A DNA stretch of 64,000 nucleotides. Origin: Octopus sinensis. Lineage: Eukaryota. How positions within the stretch are numbered: the first letter of the stretch is position 1; each line of letters begins with the position of its first letter. The DNA is taken from the NCBI RefSeq assembly GCF_006345805.1, contig NC_043014.1:4092001-4156000 (forward strand), written 5' to 3'. The notes under the pieces are model-generated. The model worked only from the letters and a program-made list of their open reading frames with translations, did no database searches and was not told the origin of the DNA. Of the stretch, positions 12,771-26,428 are shown in pieces. Both the position numbers and the translations under genes were made by a program.

Positions 12771-13337
12771 TTCGGTTGTCCAGAAATTTATTGCTGATAT
12801 ATGGTTGCTTAAATTTCGACTTATTTTAGAACATGATTGAGTTCATAAAATAGAATTTAACTCCACCTCCATTAAGAACGCAGTTTAAGCTATCTTTTCG
12901 TGTAAGAAGGTTTATGTTCCTATAACCTGTGTTAATTTTGTAACACTTGAAAAGGCAAGATAAGAAAGTTCATTTTCGGCACTTGATGCTTTGGGAACCA
13001 GACAAAAATTGCTGCAGCTAGGCTGGCATGTGTTACTCCATCCCTCCATATTCACCAGATATTGCACCTTCGGATTTCCACTTATTCAGGCCTCTGCAGA
13101 ATAGTCTTAATGGTAAAAATTTCAATTCCTTGAATGACGTAAAAAGATACCTCGATAAATTCTTTGCCATGAAACCACTTCAATTCTGGAAAGAGGGTAT
13201 TTTCAAGTTAAAGGAAAGATGGAGAAGCATAGTTTTACAAAATGGTTCATATTTGGTTGTTTAAAAATGCAATGGCAAGTATTTATTGGCCCTTTATTTT
13301 CCTTTAAAAATCGGCACGAGCTTTCCAGGCAACCCAA
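12771..13337 (+). mobile_element. Internally deleted mariner (Tc1/mariner) element
   Basis: PPYSPDIAPSDFHLF transposase C-terminus; imperfect ~30-bp terminal inverted repeats; TA at 12769-12770 and 13338-13339. Confidence 0.85.
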
Positions 13338-14298
13338 TATAAATACATATATATCTATGTATATCTGTATACATATATATGTATATATATATATATACAT
13401 ATATATATTTATATATATATATATTTATATATATATATATATACAAACTTATATATATATAAACACGCACACACAAACATATGTATATATATATGTATAA
13501 ACATTATATATATATATAAATTTTTATACATTTACATATATACATCTACATATACACACTATATTTAAGGAGTGAATAACCAGTTTATATAGCACCCGTG
13601 TACAAAATATCTAATCCTCATCCCTTTCGTATGCAGTCAATTTATAACCTACAATATGTTCCCAAACATTTTTCTTACAAACTTTTGTGATATTCCATTG
13701 AACGCCAAAAGATATGTTGACCTTCGAGCTTCAATCCGGAATATTATTCACCAGTGCTAGAAATGCCCGACTCTTCAGTGATCATGATGGATAACTATAC
13801 TAAACAATATCAAGGCGATAGAGCTTTTGCATCAATTCAAACTACTTTTAAATATTGCATCCTATTGCCTTGACAAATTCTCCTAATGTCGCAGTGGAAA
13901 AGTCCTACAGCGTATTAGGACGCCGTACATGAAAGGTTGGCGTCGGACTTTCTTGTACGTCAGCAGAATGCGCAAGTATACGTTTCTAGTAATCTTCAAA
14001 CTACCAGCGATTTTAGATAGCAAAATTAGTCTACTCTTGACAATGAACAGGGATATTAGCTGTTTATGTAATGTGTATGCTTTGCCATATACAAGCATGA
14101 AATAATGAAATACCAGATTCACAGAAAGGCATGCAGTTCCAGCAAACCTCCAAGATGTAACACGATATAATAGATTTGGTAGAATGGACAATGTCGACGT
14201 CACCCACATCTTCATAAAATGCTGTCCGAAAATGTTGTCATATATTGCATTCTTTTTTCAGTTCTAAACGATAATAAATACTTTCTCTTTTTCCACAG

Positions 14299-14332
14299 AA
14301 ATCTTGCGACGATAAACCTGATGACACCCCAA
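14299..14332 (+). CDS. Paralog 1 alternative exon 2b (KSCDDKPDDTP-K), phase 0 to 1
   Basis: ttccacag acceptor, 34 nt, GTAAG donor at 14333; equals exon 2a minus its first 18 nt, with CTC(L) changed to TGC(C). Use in transcripts is not demonstrated. Confidence 0.55.
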
Positions 14333-17036
14333 GTAAGAACTAATTTTATATTGTATAAGACAATAACTTTGAAGAAATGTTCAGGAATGAGATTAAATAT
14401 TATAAAGTATCCAGCTTCCAGTTCTACAGTGTTTAGCTAAAGTCATTCACCCGTGTCTCCTTAACGATTTATAATTTCACCAAAGTTGAATTGACTCTAC
14501 ATCACTATCCATATTTCTTCAGTAATATATACTAAGACACTAGTCTAAATTTCTTTTAAAATACATTTTTTTTACAATAATTTCCTTAATAAAATTTTAC
14601 TCTGTTATACTATGACATTAATTGTGTGTATATGAGTGTGTGTGTGTGTGTGTGTGTGTGCAGCGCTACGTCGATAAGTGTACCAACCATTGTTCGTCTG
14701 AGAATCGAATGCCCGACCTAGCGCATCAATGCGTTTATATCTAGAATTTAGCAATCTGTTCAGTCTTGTGCTTCCAATCACTCGTGAATAGATTCCTGAA
14801 GTAACGATATTCCACTTTCCTGCAGAGTGTGTGTTAGTCATCCCTGCCTTGGAGCACTCGGCAGCCAACCCATTCAATGCGTGTCGAAAGTGAACTTGAC
14901 ATGAGTCAGATAGCAGCACGTCGTCTGCAAATAGCAGTCGACCGACCCCATACAGACGAAATGAGATACTTCTAAAATGGCTGAGCCTTGATCAACCAGA
15001 TCATAAGAAATGTGAAAAGCACTAACAATGCACTCTTCTATCGAAGTCCAAACTCCATGTTGAAAACATTCGGCTTTTGCACAAATACAAACATTTTACG
15101 AGTATTTTACGATAAAAAGTACTTGCCCAATAATTTCACCTTCCTGGTAAACCATCTGCAACATGCCCCACAGCACGTGGTCTACAGCGTATTCCCCTTG
15201 GATATATTTCAACATTTTCTCGAAGATCTGCCTTTGAACGAATATCTGGTCGGGTGTACTGCGTCCAGGACAGTAATCTTGGGCGCGACCATTTCTCTAC
15301 GTAATATTTCTAGACATGTAGTGTAGGCTTTGTCTTAAAAAAATCTGTGGTTATTACCCCGGATTGTCATTGCACTCGTGTTTTCCCTGATGCCCCATTC
15401 CACCTAGCATACACGGGTCACTCAAGGAATACCCTGAGTATTTAAGGGTTTAAAATTATCAAGACGAACGTATTTCTCTCCAGCAGCTTTATCACTTTTC
15501 AGTGACTTTAGTTCGACAAAAATTATACAATCACTAATCGATTTCGATGCCCAAGTTTATTCATGTGGGTCTCTCTCAATTTGGATGCAATATTATCCAC
15601 AATTTTGTTTCTTATTCCATCATCCACAACTGCTTTCAACTTTATTCCGTAGGTCGCTCTGGACTTACCAATTTACTAGGTTCTCCCAACTGTAGGCATC
15701 TTCCGGTTTCAGACATCTTGGTAGTGGTCAGTTGACAACTCTCCCCACTACTTATAGCCCGAACGTCCAGCACAGACTCAAAGAGGACTGAGACGACAAC
15801 AACATCTATCAAGAATTTCTGTCACTAAGCATTTCTATTCCAAGTACCCTTATAAACAACCGTCTTAAAACGATATCTATATCATAGAGAGTCCAGAAGA
15901 CTAGTATGGCCACCACATTAAGGTGTGTGACGCCATTCCACCCAATCAATACTTCTTGCGGTTATCAGCGCCAAAGTGTGCACGGAAGTCTCCTTGTAAG
16001 ACAAATGACTTTACCCCAAATATATCCAAAGCTGCAGTGACTTTGTTAAGGAAGCATTTGTATTTGACCTCGCTATTGGGTGCATTTACTTCCAGCAGCT
16101 ACATCACTCCATTCTGCTTGAGCTTCAGGAGATATCCCTTAATACCTAGTGGGATTCACTTCATAATCCAATCCGAAAGCCAGGGATTGTGAGCATCCCA
16201 CTTCCGCCTATGCAGACATAGTTGGCACCACACCTGCACGGTGGAGTTTCCAACCTACTTCCAAGTGTGCGCCTCCGAAGCAATGAAGCTTTCTTGAGGA
16301 GACTGATTATATATAACAGGCAACGTTTTGTCTCGTCCGGTTTTGACAGTCTAATTCTCAATTATGAACGGATGATCCCTTCTAGACCGGCTTCGGGGTC
16401 ATGGAACACACATATTTTGTACTCCCTTCCCATGCATCCCAATTTGAGTTGGGTGGAGACAGAAAAATATTTCCCAAATGGACTCCTTCATCCAAGATCC
16501 GGACGCAAATGTTGTTATCCCTCTCGATGAATGACGCGTTATGGCTATTCCTTCGAGCCCTTTGCATATTGTAGCTATGATGGACTGATTCGCGCCAAAC
16601 ATTAAGCTGATATTTGTAATTGACCAATCCAGTACCAAGAATTGATAATATGGCTACATGTCTAAAAATGACTTTATCATTATTACGGTCACAAATATAT
16701 ATATATACTCACATCCAAGTTCAACAACAAAACAAACATCCTTTCATAAGGGAGACAAATACACTTTCTGATATTCTGAGATTAATCTCTCAATTCGTTG
16801 ACATCAACGTCAACAACAGGCTCAATAGACAAATGACTAATTTTCTTCGTTTAAAATTTATTCTTAGCGAATCATTTACTTCTTTCATTCTGATTTTCAT
16901 TCATTCACTCATTCATTTTCTCTTAAATTCTAAATTTCTCTCCTCTCTATCAATTCCTTCCAAGCCAACAACTTCCTTTGTATAGGATTCAAGAATTCTT
17001 TCTTTTAAACTAAATTGTTTCATTTTAATTTCACAG

Positions 17037-17111
17037 AACCCGGTCTCGGATCATTGTATACTCGGTGGGGCAGAACTACTTGTCCTACTAATTCAAGCCT
17101 TGTATATGACG
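17037..17111 (+). CDS. Paralog 1 exon 3 (K-PGLGSLYTRWGRTTCPTNSSLVYD-G)
   Basis: tttcacag acceptor, 75 nt, GTTAGT donor; YxRWGRTTCP...LVYxG is the typical start of the short-chain collagen C4-like domain. Confidence 0.9.
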
Positions 17112-18484
17112 GTTAGTATAAACTATACTTCTGTTCTCTCTTTCTCTCTTTATCTTTCTCTTCTTCTCTTTTTATTCCTTCTCTTTCTCTCGTCTCTCTC
17201 CCTCCCCGTCACTCTCACGCACACGCCCACACACTCAAGCAAATCATTTGATGACATATCACGTTTGAAACGATATATAGAGTCTGCACAAGACTGCTTA
17301 CTCCTTTGTAGGTATTTGGTCAAATCAGAATTTTAAATGTTGTCTACTACGGACCAAGTGAAAAGGCGGTTGTCTAACTACAGAATATAGATATCTCTAC
17401 GTTAAGTTATAGATAGGACTAGACGGGAATCCAGTATAGCGATCAAGGACTCCTGGCTGACTTGTATGGAGTGTAGATATCAAATACCGAGGCTGCTGAC
17501 TGGTGATCAAATATACTGGCTACGGATGGTGGTATTGTACGTGAGTGACATGAGCTGAAAAGTGGCCACTTGACTATCTTTAACTAGAGTGCCCAATGAT
17601 CGTAGGTGTGGGCTAAATTGAATAGAGTCTATTAGAATTGATGACAGTGACTGTAAATGGTTAATGGAATGAAAGCACAATGTAGAATGAGGACTGGACA
17701 AGCCACATACTGTAAATGATGGAAAAAGCTAAGGACTTTATTCATTAGGTAAAATATAGAGAGACTAAATATTAGTGAGAGAACACAACAGAGTACAGAA
17801 TGCACTTCTATTCTTCTCCGCCTCACCGAAATCGTCCTATCGCTAAAACCTTGCTCTTTTCATGCACCACATCACCTCATTAATTATCCAGTATATCTTT
17901 GTAAGGTAATTCCGAAACTTCCAATTCAAAACTGCTGCTACAAACTGCGTCCCCAATCAACCTTACGTTCCTTAAAAATGCTCTGTATCTGCTCTTTATA
18001 AACCCTACACGTATCCTTTTTCGGTCTCCCACTTCGCCGTCCATTCATCTTAAGCACTAAGCCATCACTGAACCTCACAATTTTTCCTCCCACCTCGTTT
18101 CTGTGTATTGCATGAAAAAAAGTGTGTGTGATCATAACGTCTATGTAAGCCTGATTCGTTCGAGTCTAAACGAGAGGTTTAGCCACCGACTCTCGTATGA
18201 TCGACTAAACAACATTTCATCGACGGTTACCCACCACTTCTCTGCATCTCGTCGTCTCCCGTATTGTCCAACTCAAACCTCCTACACTTTCCACCACCCA
18301 AAACATCTCCGTTCACACGTGAACATCTTTTCCATTTCGGATAAACACGAGTGCATGGGTTTCTTTTTCTCCATCTATTGACATCCACCGAAAAACACCT
18401 ACCCCATGCAAACATAAATAATAATCCGAGTCGTAACCACAAATACTTACCCGTATACATACAACATATATATACATATATATA

Positions 18485-18895
18485 GGCGCAGGAGTGGCTG
18501 TGTGGTAAGTAGCTTGCTTACCAACCACATGGTTCTGGGTTCAGTCCCACTGCGTGGCATCTTGGGCAAGTGTCTTCTGCTATAGCCTCGGGCCGCCCAA
18601 TGCCTTGTGAGTGGATTTGATAGACGGAAAGTGAAAGAAGCCTGTGGAATATAAGTATATATACATATATGTATGTGCGTGTATATGTTTGTGTGTCTGT
18701 GTTTGTCCCCCCACCATCGCTTGACAACCGATTCTGGTGTGTTTACGTCCTCGTCACTTAGCCGTTCGGCAAAAAGAGATCGATAGCATAAGTACTGGGC
18801 TCACAAAGAATAAGTCCCGGTGTCGATATGCTCGACTAAAGGCGGTGCTCCAGAATGGCCGCTGTCAAATGACTGAAACAAGTAAAAGAAAAAAA
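18485..18895 (+). mobile_element. Full-length tRNA-derived SINE (octopus-type)
   Basis: A-box TGGCTGTGTGG, B-box GGTTCAGTCCC, internal microsatellite, 3' CAAATGACTGAAACAAGTAAAAGA; its 3' half recurs on the minus strand at ~653-820, ~24480-24645, ~40616-40785 and ~54610-54775. Confidence 0.8.
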
Positions 18896-19127
18896 GGGTA
18901 TATATATATATATATATACATATATGATGAGAAGTTAAATGTACAGCCACGATTCAGCAACACACAGCTTACGCTAACATAAACACCAACATATATACAC
19001 CACAATTCGTTCACACGCGACTAAACATGACTTCTTTTAAGTGAAAAATTGTAATGAATGTTTCCGTTATTTCATATATAATTTTGCTTGATATCTTTTT
19101 TACTTGATTTATTCTTACCAATTCTAG

Positions 19128-19627
19128 GTGTGGCTGGTGGACAACATTATTCCCATACTGGTGGCGGAAGTAATCTCTTATGTCTACCCAACGATCCCAT
19201 TTGGGCCAATTATACTACAGAAGTTGAAAAAGGTGGTTACATTTTTGGCAGTGAATATCAACTACAGTCATACGACACCAATACCATCTTTTCTTTTGCT
19301 AACGCTAAATCACTTCATGATCACAACGTTCCGTGCGCTGTCTGTTTGACACGACAACCTGCTGTTGTTATGACGTTACCAGCCAGGACAAAGTGTTACG
19401 CTGGTTGGACAACTGAGTATTCGGGATATTTGATGACCGCGCATTATAATCATAAAGGCAGACAAGAATATGTGTGTGTGGATTATGCACCAGAAGCTGA
19501 TCCAGCAGGTTACAGAAACGAAAATGGAGCTACTTTATATTTCGTTGAGGCTGCTTGTGGTTCATTGCCATGTCCACCGTATGTCCATGGTCAAGAATTA
19601 ACCTGCGTTGTGTGCAGTAAATATTGA
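19128..19627 (+). CDS. Paralog 1 exon 4, short-chain collagen C4-like C-terminal domain, ends CSKY*
   Basis: ttctag acceptor; GGGSNLLCLP, GSEY, HNVPCAVC, LPART-C--GW--EYSGYLM, YVCVD, CGSLPCPPY, ELTCVVCSK motifs; TGA at 19625-19627; AATAAA at 19674. Confidence 0.92.
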
Positions 19628-21103
19628 ATAGAAATTAAATTCGGTTCCATATGAAAATATGTCTGTGAATTACAATAAATAACATAAAATTTCAATTGTT
19701 TTACCTAATATTTTCTTTAAAGTATGTCTATCGTTACAATAAACTGTTGTACTAGTTTACAGAAGATATTCAAACAATACAAAAGAAAGCCAGAAATATC
19801 CTCAAAAACAAGAAAAATCTAAATCTGTCGAAATGATTCTAGAAAACATTTTGTAAGATTTCAGTTTATCGTTGAAATAAAATGTTATTTTGTTTAACAG
19901 TATTTTGTCTTCTGTCTCATGATTCAACAAACCCCAAATAAAGTACCACCATAGAATTATATCAGCTTTTCATGCCCAGCCTTAGAAAATCTAATACTCG
20001 ACGCTACTATCTCAGACATCTTGGTTTTCAAATTACAGCTCGGATTCTGACAAGGAGCCATGAACCGCTACATTACTTAGCACAGAACTTAACTGATTCT
20101 TTCAACAACAACCAGATACTTCCACACAATCCATTCTATTTGCCGTTATTTATCAGGAAAGCTTTCCGTTCCATTCCTACCCCATATCTTATAAAACCTA
20201 TTTATTGTCTACTTTAGAAATATCACAAAATGTTCAATTTAAGCTTTCTGAGAATGTGGAATTTACACGATCAATCCTTGAAAAGACAGTATAAATGAGT
20301 ATTGGTCCTGCCAACCTAAATCTATATCACAAAATTCCGACCTCTCCACAAAATAAGATACAAAATGAAACTCGATGCACACAACATACACATCATATAC
20401 TAAACGCTGATATACAAGAATAAGAAATGAAATCAACCAGAAAAATTGCCTCATTTCAGCAGCAGAGAACATCAAATACGACGATTTCTTTCACTCATCT
20501 ACGTAAACATACCAGAACCGAAGAAAGGATGGATCCTAGAAGCTGAATACATTTCATGCGAAACGAATACAACACCCATAAAAGTGAGAGTAAAGAGAGC
20601 AAATATAGTCAGGGCAAGCACGGATGCTGTGTGTAAGAAGGCTGAGATGTTGTGACCGTCACGTTATATCCAATAAGATTCATGACGGTATGTTGGAGTG
20701 TGTCGAATATTTGTTAGATAAACGAAGGTTTCGGTTTACAGCATCAAGCTGCAATAAAGATTAAAGATTATTAATGTTTACTATCCCACTATTATTAGTC
20801 TGATGGGTAAATCTGCATTCGCTTCTCTAGATTACAAATATTTTCTTGGTTGTAAATCGTAAACAATTGCAGAGAATACGGACGCTGGTAGATCTTCAAA
20901 TTAATCTTTTGATTCAGCGGCATAATTAGACAGTTAAAACGACCGCCATGTGTTTAAGCTGTACAGAGCATGCGCAGCTGCATATGCAACCCGCCATTAC
21001 AATAGGAAAAGTTATGGGACTTTGTTGAAATCTGACATGGCTGTAAGATTTATTTTGTAGCTTATTTCAAATTAACCTTATTTCGAGGGCCAACCCGAGG
21101 GTG

Positions 21104-21151
<48 letters not shown>

Positions 21152-21535
21152 ACACACACACACAGAGACACACACACACATATATATATATATATATTAA
21201 ATTAGGTCAAACTATATCTGAGGGGTCTAATATGCTTCATCTAAGAAAATTTAATCATAACTATGGAATTCCGTCGTACATATGCAGTCCACACGGAAGG
21301 TGCACTTGCGAATTGAGTTTCAAATGGGAGACACTGTACCTGTATGTTTTGCTATGATTTATAAAACAAGAAGAAAAGTATTCAAAGCTAGTGATAATGA
21401 CTAGCTAAAAATATGTATGAATGTCATTATTCGGTTTTAATAGAATATTTCTGGCCAACAGAAAGAGAGACGGCTTCTAACTTAGTTCCAAGTATCTTTC
21501 ATTGGAATTTTAACAACATGAACAGGATATTTTTG

Positions 21536-21563
21536 TATGTATGTATGCATGTATGCATGTATG

Positions 21564-21597
<34 letters not shown>

Positions 21598-21924
21598 TAT
21601 ATGTATGTATGTAGGTATGCATGTATGCATGTATGTATGTATGAATGTATGCATGTATGCATGTATGTGTGTATGTATGTATATATGTATGTATGCATGT
21701 ATGTATGAATGTATGTATGTATGTATGTATGCATGTATGTATGTATGTATGTATGTAAGTATGTATGTATGTATGCATGTATGTATGTATGTATGTATGT
21801 ATGTATGTATGTATGCATGCATGGATGCATGTATGTATGCATGCATGTATGTATGTATATATGTATGCATGCATGAATGTATGCATGTATGTATGTATGC
21901 ATGTATGTATGTATGTATGTATGT
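21536..21924. repeat. (TATG)n compound microsatellite; second tract at ~22478-22910
   Basis: Direct reading. Confidence 0.95.
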
Positions 21925-22477
21925 CAGGTCACTTTCGAGTGCTACTGGTAAACATGTAACCCAGTACAACCTGTTGCATTGTCGGGTCGTCGGCGACTAA
22001 ACCGGCAACCCCACCAAGCTTGCTTGGTGAGGAGGGAGTTTTTTAGACACCCTGCGGGATGAAAAACAAAACCCGTCAAAGAGCGGAGGAACTCTTGAGA
22101 GTCAACGGCCATCCAATATATGTCTTAAGACTGTATCATGCGCGGGGACATAGAAATATTCGGACTGAATACCCGATCGCGCGGTTAAACCGTTGGGAGT
22201 GAAGGACTCCTAGACTTTGCTAGGGCATCCTTTTGGAGAAGTTAACTCAGGTAACTGGGATAACTCCGATATAAAACCTGCGGCTCAGTGGTTACCGATG
22301 ATGTTGACTTGTTCTTCTTTTCGGAATATGGCTGCTGTTGCTTAGTGACTGGGATTGACACAGTGCACAGCCTTTTCTCACTACAAAAAAAATCTTCATG
22401 CACAGGCATAGCAAGATAATAACATTGATTAAGCTTCGTGCAATGCCCATACTCGATAACGAGGGTGCAGCCACCAA
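21925..22477 (+). mobile_element. Unclassified interspersed repeat, possibly a LINE 5' UTR, within (TATG)n
   Basis: Higher-GC unique sequence (AAACCGGCAACCCCAC, GGGCATCC motifs) between two (TATG)n tracts; no coding motif recognised. Confidence 0.3.
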
Positions 22478-23479
22478 GTATGTATGTATGGATGGATAGA
22501 TGGATGGATGGATGGATGGATGGATGTAAGTATGTATGCATGTATGTATGTATGGATGTATGTATGTATGTATATATGTATGTATGTGTATATGTGTCTA
22601 TCGATATATACATGCTTACATTCAAACATACATGCATGTATACATGTATACATACATACTTGTATGTATAAATATATGCATACATGTATGTATGTATGAA
22701 AGTATGTATGTATGTATGTATGTATGTATGTGTGTGTATGTATGTATGTTTGTATGTATGTATGTGTGTATGTATGTGTGTATGTATGTATATATATGTG
22801 TGTGTATGTAAGTATATATTTATGTATGGGGGTATGTATGTATGTATATATGTATGTATGTATGTGTGTATGTATATATGTATGTATGCATGTATGTATG
22901 AATGTATGTGTGGTTGGGAATTGGTAGGTTTTGATTTTGATATTTACATAAAACTTTTCTAATCAGATTAACTCTTGTTGTGAAGAATCCAATCCGAACA
23001 GCGGACTTCATTAGATTAAGTCTTGCGATTACTGTGTGGGTTGAACGAAATACTTCCCACACTGAATATTAAAACAGTGTGTGAGTGTGTGTGTGTGTGT
23101 GTCTGTGTGTGTGTGTGTGTATGTGTGTGTTTGTGTGTGTGTGTATGTGTGTGAGTGTATGTGTGCGTGTGGGAGTGTGTGTGCGTGTGTGTCAGTGTGT
23201 GTGTGTGTGCTAGTGTGTGTGCGTGTGTGTGTGTGTGCTAGTGTGTGTGCGTGTGTGTGTAAGAAATTGTATCTGTGTGTGTGTGTCAGTGTGTGTGTCA
23301 GTGTGTGTTGGTGTCTGTGGGTGTGTGTGTTGGTGTGTGTGTATGTCAGTGTGTGTGTGTGTATTAGTTTGTGTGCGTGTGTGTGTGTCTATGTGTCAGT
23401 GTGTGTAGGTGTGTGTGTCTTTGTGTCTGTGTATTTGTTGGTTGACGAAATACTTCCCACACTGAATATTAAAACAGTT

Positions 23480-23849
23480 TCCCAAGAATAACAAATAAAA
23501 TTAAATAACAACATTAGTAAATAAATATATCATAACATATCCAGAAACAGGAATCATTTCACTTTACACGTGTCTCTCATTCATCAAAATATTTTGCTAA
23601 TTATTGTGTGACAATATCAAACCATCTCTTTCCAATAATTAAACCAATCAGACAAGTTCACACCCGCTTTTACAGTTCCACAAATCGCATTGGTTCATAA
23701 ATTTACGATATGATCTTTGCCAGAGCTGGGTTGTTGTGCGCTCAATAAATACGTGGAATTCAGTTACAGTTCTTCAGCTTAAACCTCGCATCTCGATCTT
23801 TTGTTGAAGCCACACGAAGTATCACGTACGACCGACAACTGTCACCAGA
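23480..23849 (+). promoter_or_regulatory. Conserved proximal 5' flank (putative promoter and 5' UTR) of the paralogs
   Basis: ~370 bp of non-repetitive sequence nearly identical upstream of exon 1 in paralogs 2, 3 (~39630-39998) and 4 (~51575-51943); Inr-like TCAGTT at ~23760. Start site unproven. Confidence 0.45.
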
Positions 23850-23993
23850 ATGGATTTCGCACAACTGTCCAGGAATATTTCGCAGCGTTATTCCATTTCT
23901 TCTCTCATAGCTTTTGGGGTTCTTCTCGTTCTGACGATCGTGATTCTTCATCAAGATTCAAGAATAGGAAAAATGGAAGAGAAATCGAAAACG
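23850..23993 (+). CDS. Paralog 2 exon 1 (MDFAQLSRNISQRYSISSLIAFGVLLVLTIVILHQDSRIGKMEEKSKT)
   Basis: ATG in agaATGg context, 48 codons, ~20-residue hydrophobic stretch, GTAAGT donor at 23994. Confidence 0.85.
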
Positions 23994-24830
23994 GTAAGTC
24001 ATAGATTTTTTCTTAATATATGTATGTCTTTATGTATTTATATATGCATGTATGTATGTATGCATTTACGTATGTATGTATTAATATGTGGATGTATGTA
24101 CGTACGGATGGATGGATGGATGTAAGGATGTATGCATGAATCACGTACATATGTTCCTATGGAGCACACACACACACACATAAGATCACACACGTAATCA
24201 CACACGAACACACAGGCGCACACTCCTAAACATACATATATATTCATATACGTATATTTGTATATATAATATACATAAATATGTATATATAAATATACAT
24301 ATATATGAATATATATAGTGCGTGAACATATATAGATATATATATACAAACAAATATATGCGTGTGTGTATCTATCACTGTATCTCTCTGTCTATCTCTC
24401 TCTCTCTCTCTATTTATCTATATATATATATGTATGTGTGTGTGTATGTGTGTGTGTGTGTGTGTGTTTGTATATAAATATATTCTTTTACCCGTTTCAG
24501 TCATTTGACTGCAGCCATGCTAGAATACTGCGTTCAGTAGGACAAATCGACTTCAGGAATTATTCTTTGTAAGCCTAGTGCTCATTCTATCGGTATCTCT
24601 AGCCGAACCACTATGTAACGGGGACGTAAACACACCGACATCACTTGAGAATCGATAGTGGTGCGACAATAACAGACACATACATAAAACATAGATACAT
24701 ACACACTATGTGTGCTCTACACACACACACACACTTACATCTATTATATATATTATACATATCATATATACATACACACATATATAGTTACGTATGTATG
24801 TACATACATATCTATCTATCAATCTATTTA

Positions 24831-24880
<50 letters not shown>

Positions 24881-24891
24881 CTATCTATCTA

Positions 24892-26384
24892 TTTGTCCCA
24901 GTTTTCAAAAAGGGAAACAAGTCCCTTGTAGTGAACTACCGTCCGATCTCACTCACCTCTCATATCATCAAGGTATTTGAGAGGGTGGTGAGATCTCGAA
25001 TAACCCAATTTCTGGAAAGCAACAGACGGCTGATCTCTAACCAACATGGGTTCCGTAATGGAAGGGACTGCCTAATGCAGCTCCTGCATCACTTTGATGA
25101 CATTTTGAGAGCTTTGGGAGAGGGCATCAACACCGATGTCATCTACCTTGATTTCAGTAAGGCCTTCGACAGGGTCGATCACAAGATCCTATTGAAAAAA
25201 CTATCCAACATTGGTGTCTCTGGAAAGTTACTGAAATGGATCAAGTGTTTCCTGACAGACAGATCTCAACATGTTGTAGTTGAAGGGGTAAAATCAAGCC
25301 CAGCCAAAGTCAGTAGTGGCGTTCCGCAAGGCACTGTGCTGGGCCCACTTCTTTTCATCATTTACATTAATGACATTAATGACATCATCAAGCACAGCAA
25401 CATAAAAATCTTTGCAGATGATTCCAAGCTACAGAAGGTCATAAATGAGGCGAGTGACCGTATATGCCTTCAGTCAGATCTACTGGCTGTTATCCAATGG
25501 GCAGAAAAAAACAATATGCTGCTGAACGAGGATAAATTTGAATTAATCCACTTTGGAAATGAGGATGCCCTGAAACTCCCATACTCCCTTCCTTCAGGTG
25601 AAACTCTCGCGGCGTCCAACAACATCAAAGCCTTGGGAGTAATTGTGGACAACAACATAAGCTGGGCCACTCATATAAACACCAAAGTTGACATGGCCCA
25701 CAGAATGTGTTCCTGGATTCTCAGAACTTTCCAGTCGAGAGATATCCACACCATTATCCTTCTCTTCTCCACTTTTGCCCGACCCCACCTTGAATACTGT
25801 TGTCCACTGTGGTCCCCCCACACAATACAAGGTATCATAAAAGTTGAAGCACCTCAAAGGGCAATCACAAAAAAGATAGATGGCATGACAGGCCTCGACT
25901 ATTGGGGTCGACTAGAAAAGCTAAAACTCTATTCTCTCCAACGTCGTCGTGAGCGCTACATCATCTGCATGATGTGGAAAATATTCCATCAGCATTGCCC
26001 AAATGATGTTGGCATCACCTTTAAGGTACATCCAAGGCTTGGGCCCCGTGCCATCTGCCCAAAACAAAAATCGCACTCTCATCGCATAACAACAATACGG
26101 CACAATTATTTCACCTCAATTGGCCCCGCTCTCTTTAACATTACACCAAAACTCATTAAAAAAGAAACTGACCCTATAGGGTTCAAGAAGTCTTTGGACA
26201 GATTCCTTCAAGAAATCCCGGATAAACCCCCTACACCCGGATATGTCTCTGTAAACAATAACTCTCTACTTGAGTGGGCCATAGTGCCCAAATTCTGACT
26301 TGAAAGACTTCACCAGGTGGTGCTATTAAGTTAGACATGGCCTGGCCAATAATGGCCGAAACCTATCAAAGTAAAGTATCAAAG

Positions 26385-26386
<2 letters not shown>
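24892..26386 (+). mobile_element. 5'-truncated CR1/L2-group LINE with an uninterrupted RT reading frame
   Basis: NYRPISLTS, YLDFSKAFDRVDH, SGVPQGTVLGPLLF, FADDSK, RPHLEYC, LQRRRER motifs; stop at 26298; GGCC-aataat-GGCC hairpin and AAAGT-type repeated tail; only in paralog 2. Confidence 0.88.

Positions 26387-26428
<42 letters not shown>

Noticed and set aside
13560-14220. Possible coding remnant (110-aa minus-strand ORF)
   Set aside because: No motif recognised in any frame; left unassigned.
18485-18560. tRNA-like heads with A/B boxes (also 2125, 42246, 56733)
   Set aside because: They continue into SINE bodies and do not form complete cloverleafs; not tRNA genes.
19088-19127. Apparent signal peptide MISFLLDLFLPIL before the C4-like domain
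   Set aside because: Starts at TTG and is the polypyrimidine tract and acceptor of intron 3; not open in the other paralogs.
24712-24891. N-terminal ~60 aa of the 528-aa ORF
   Set aside because: Microsatellite fused in frame to a 5'-truncated LINE; not a real start.
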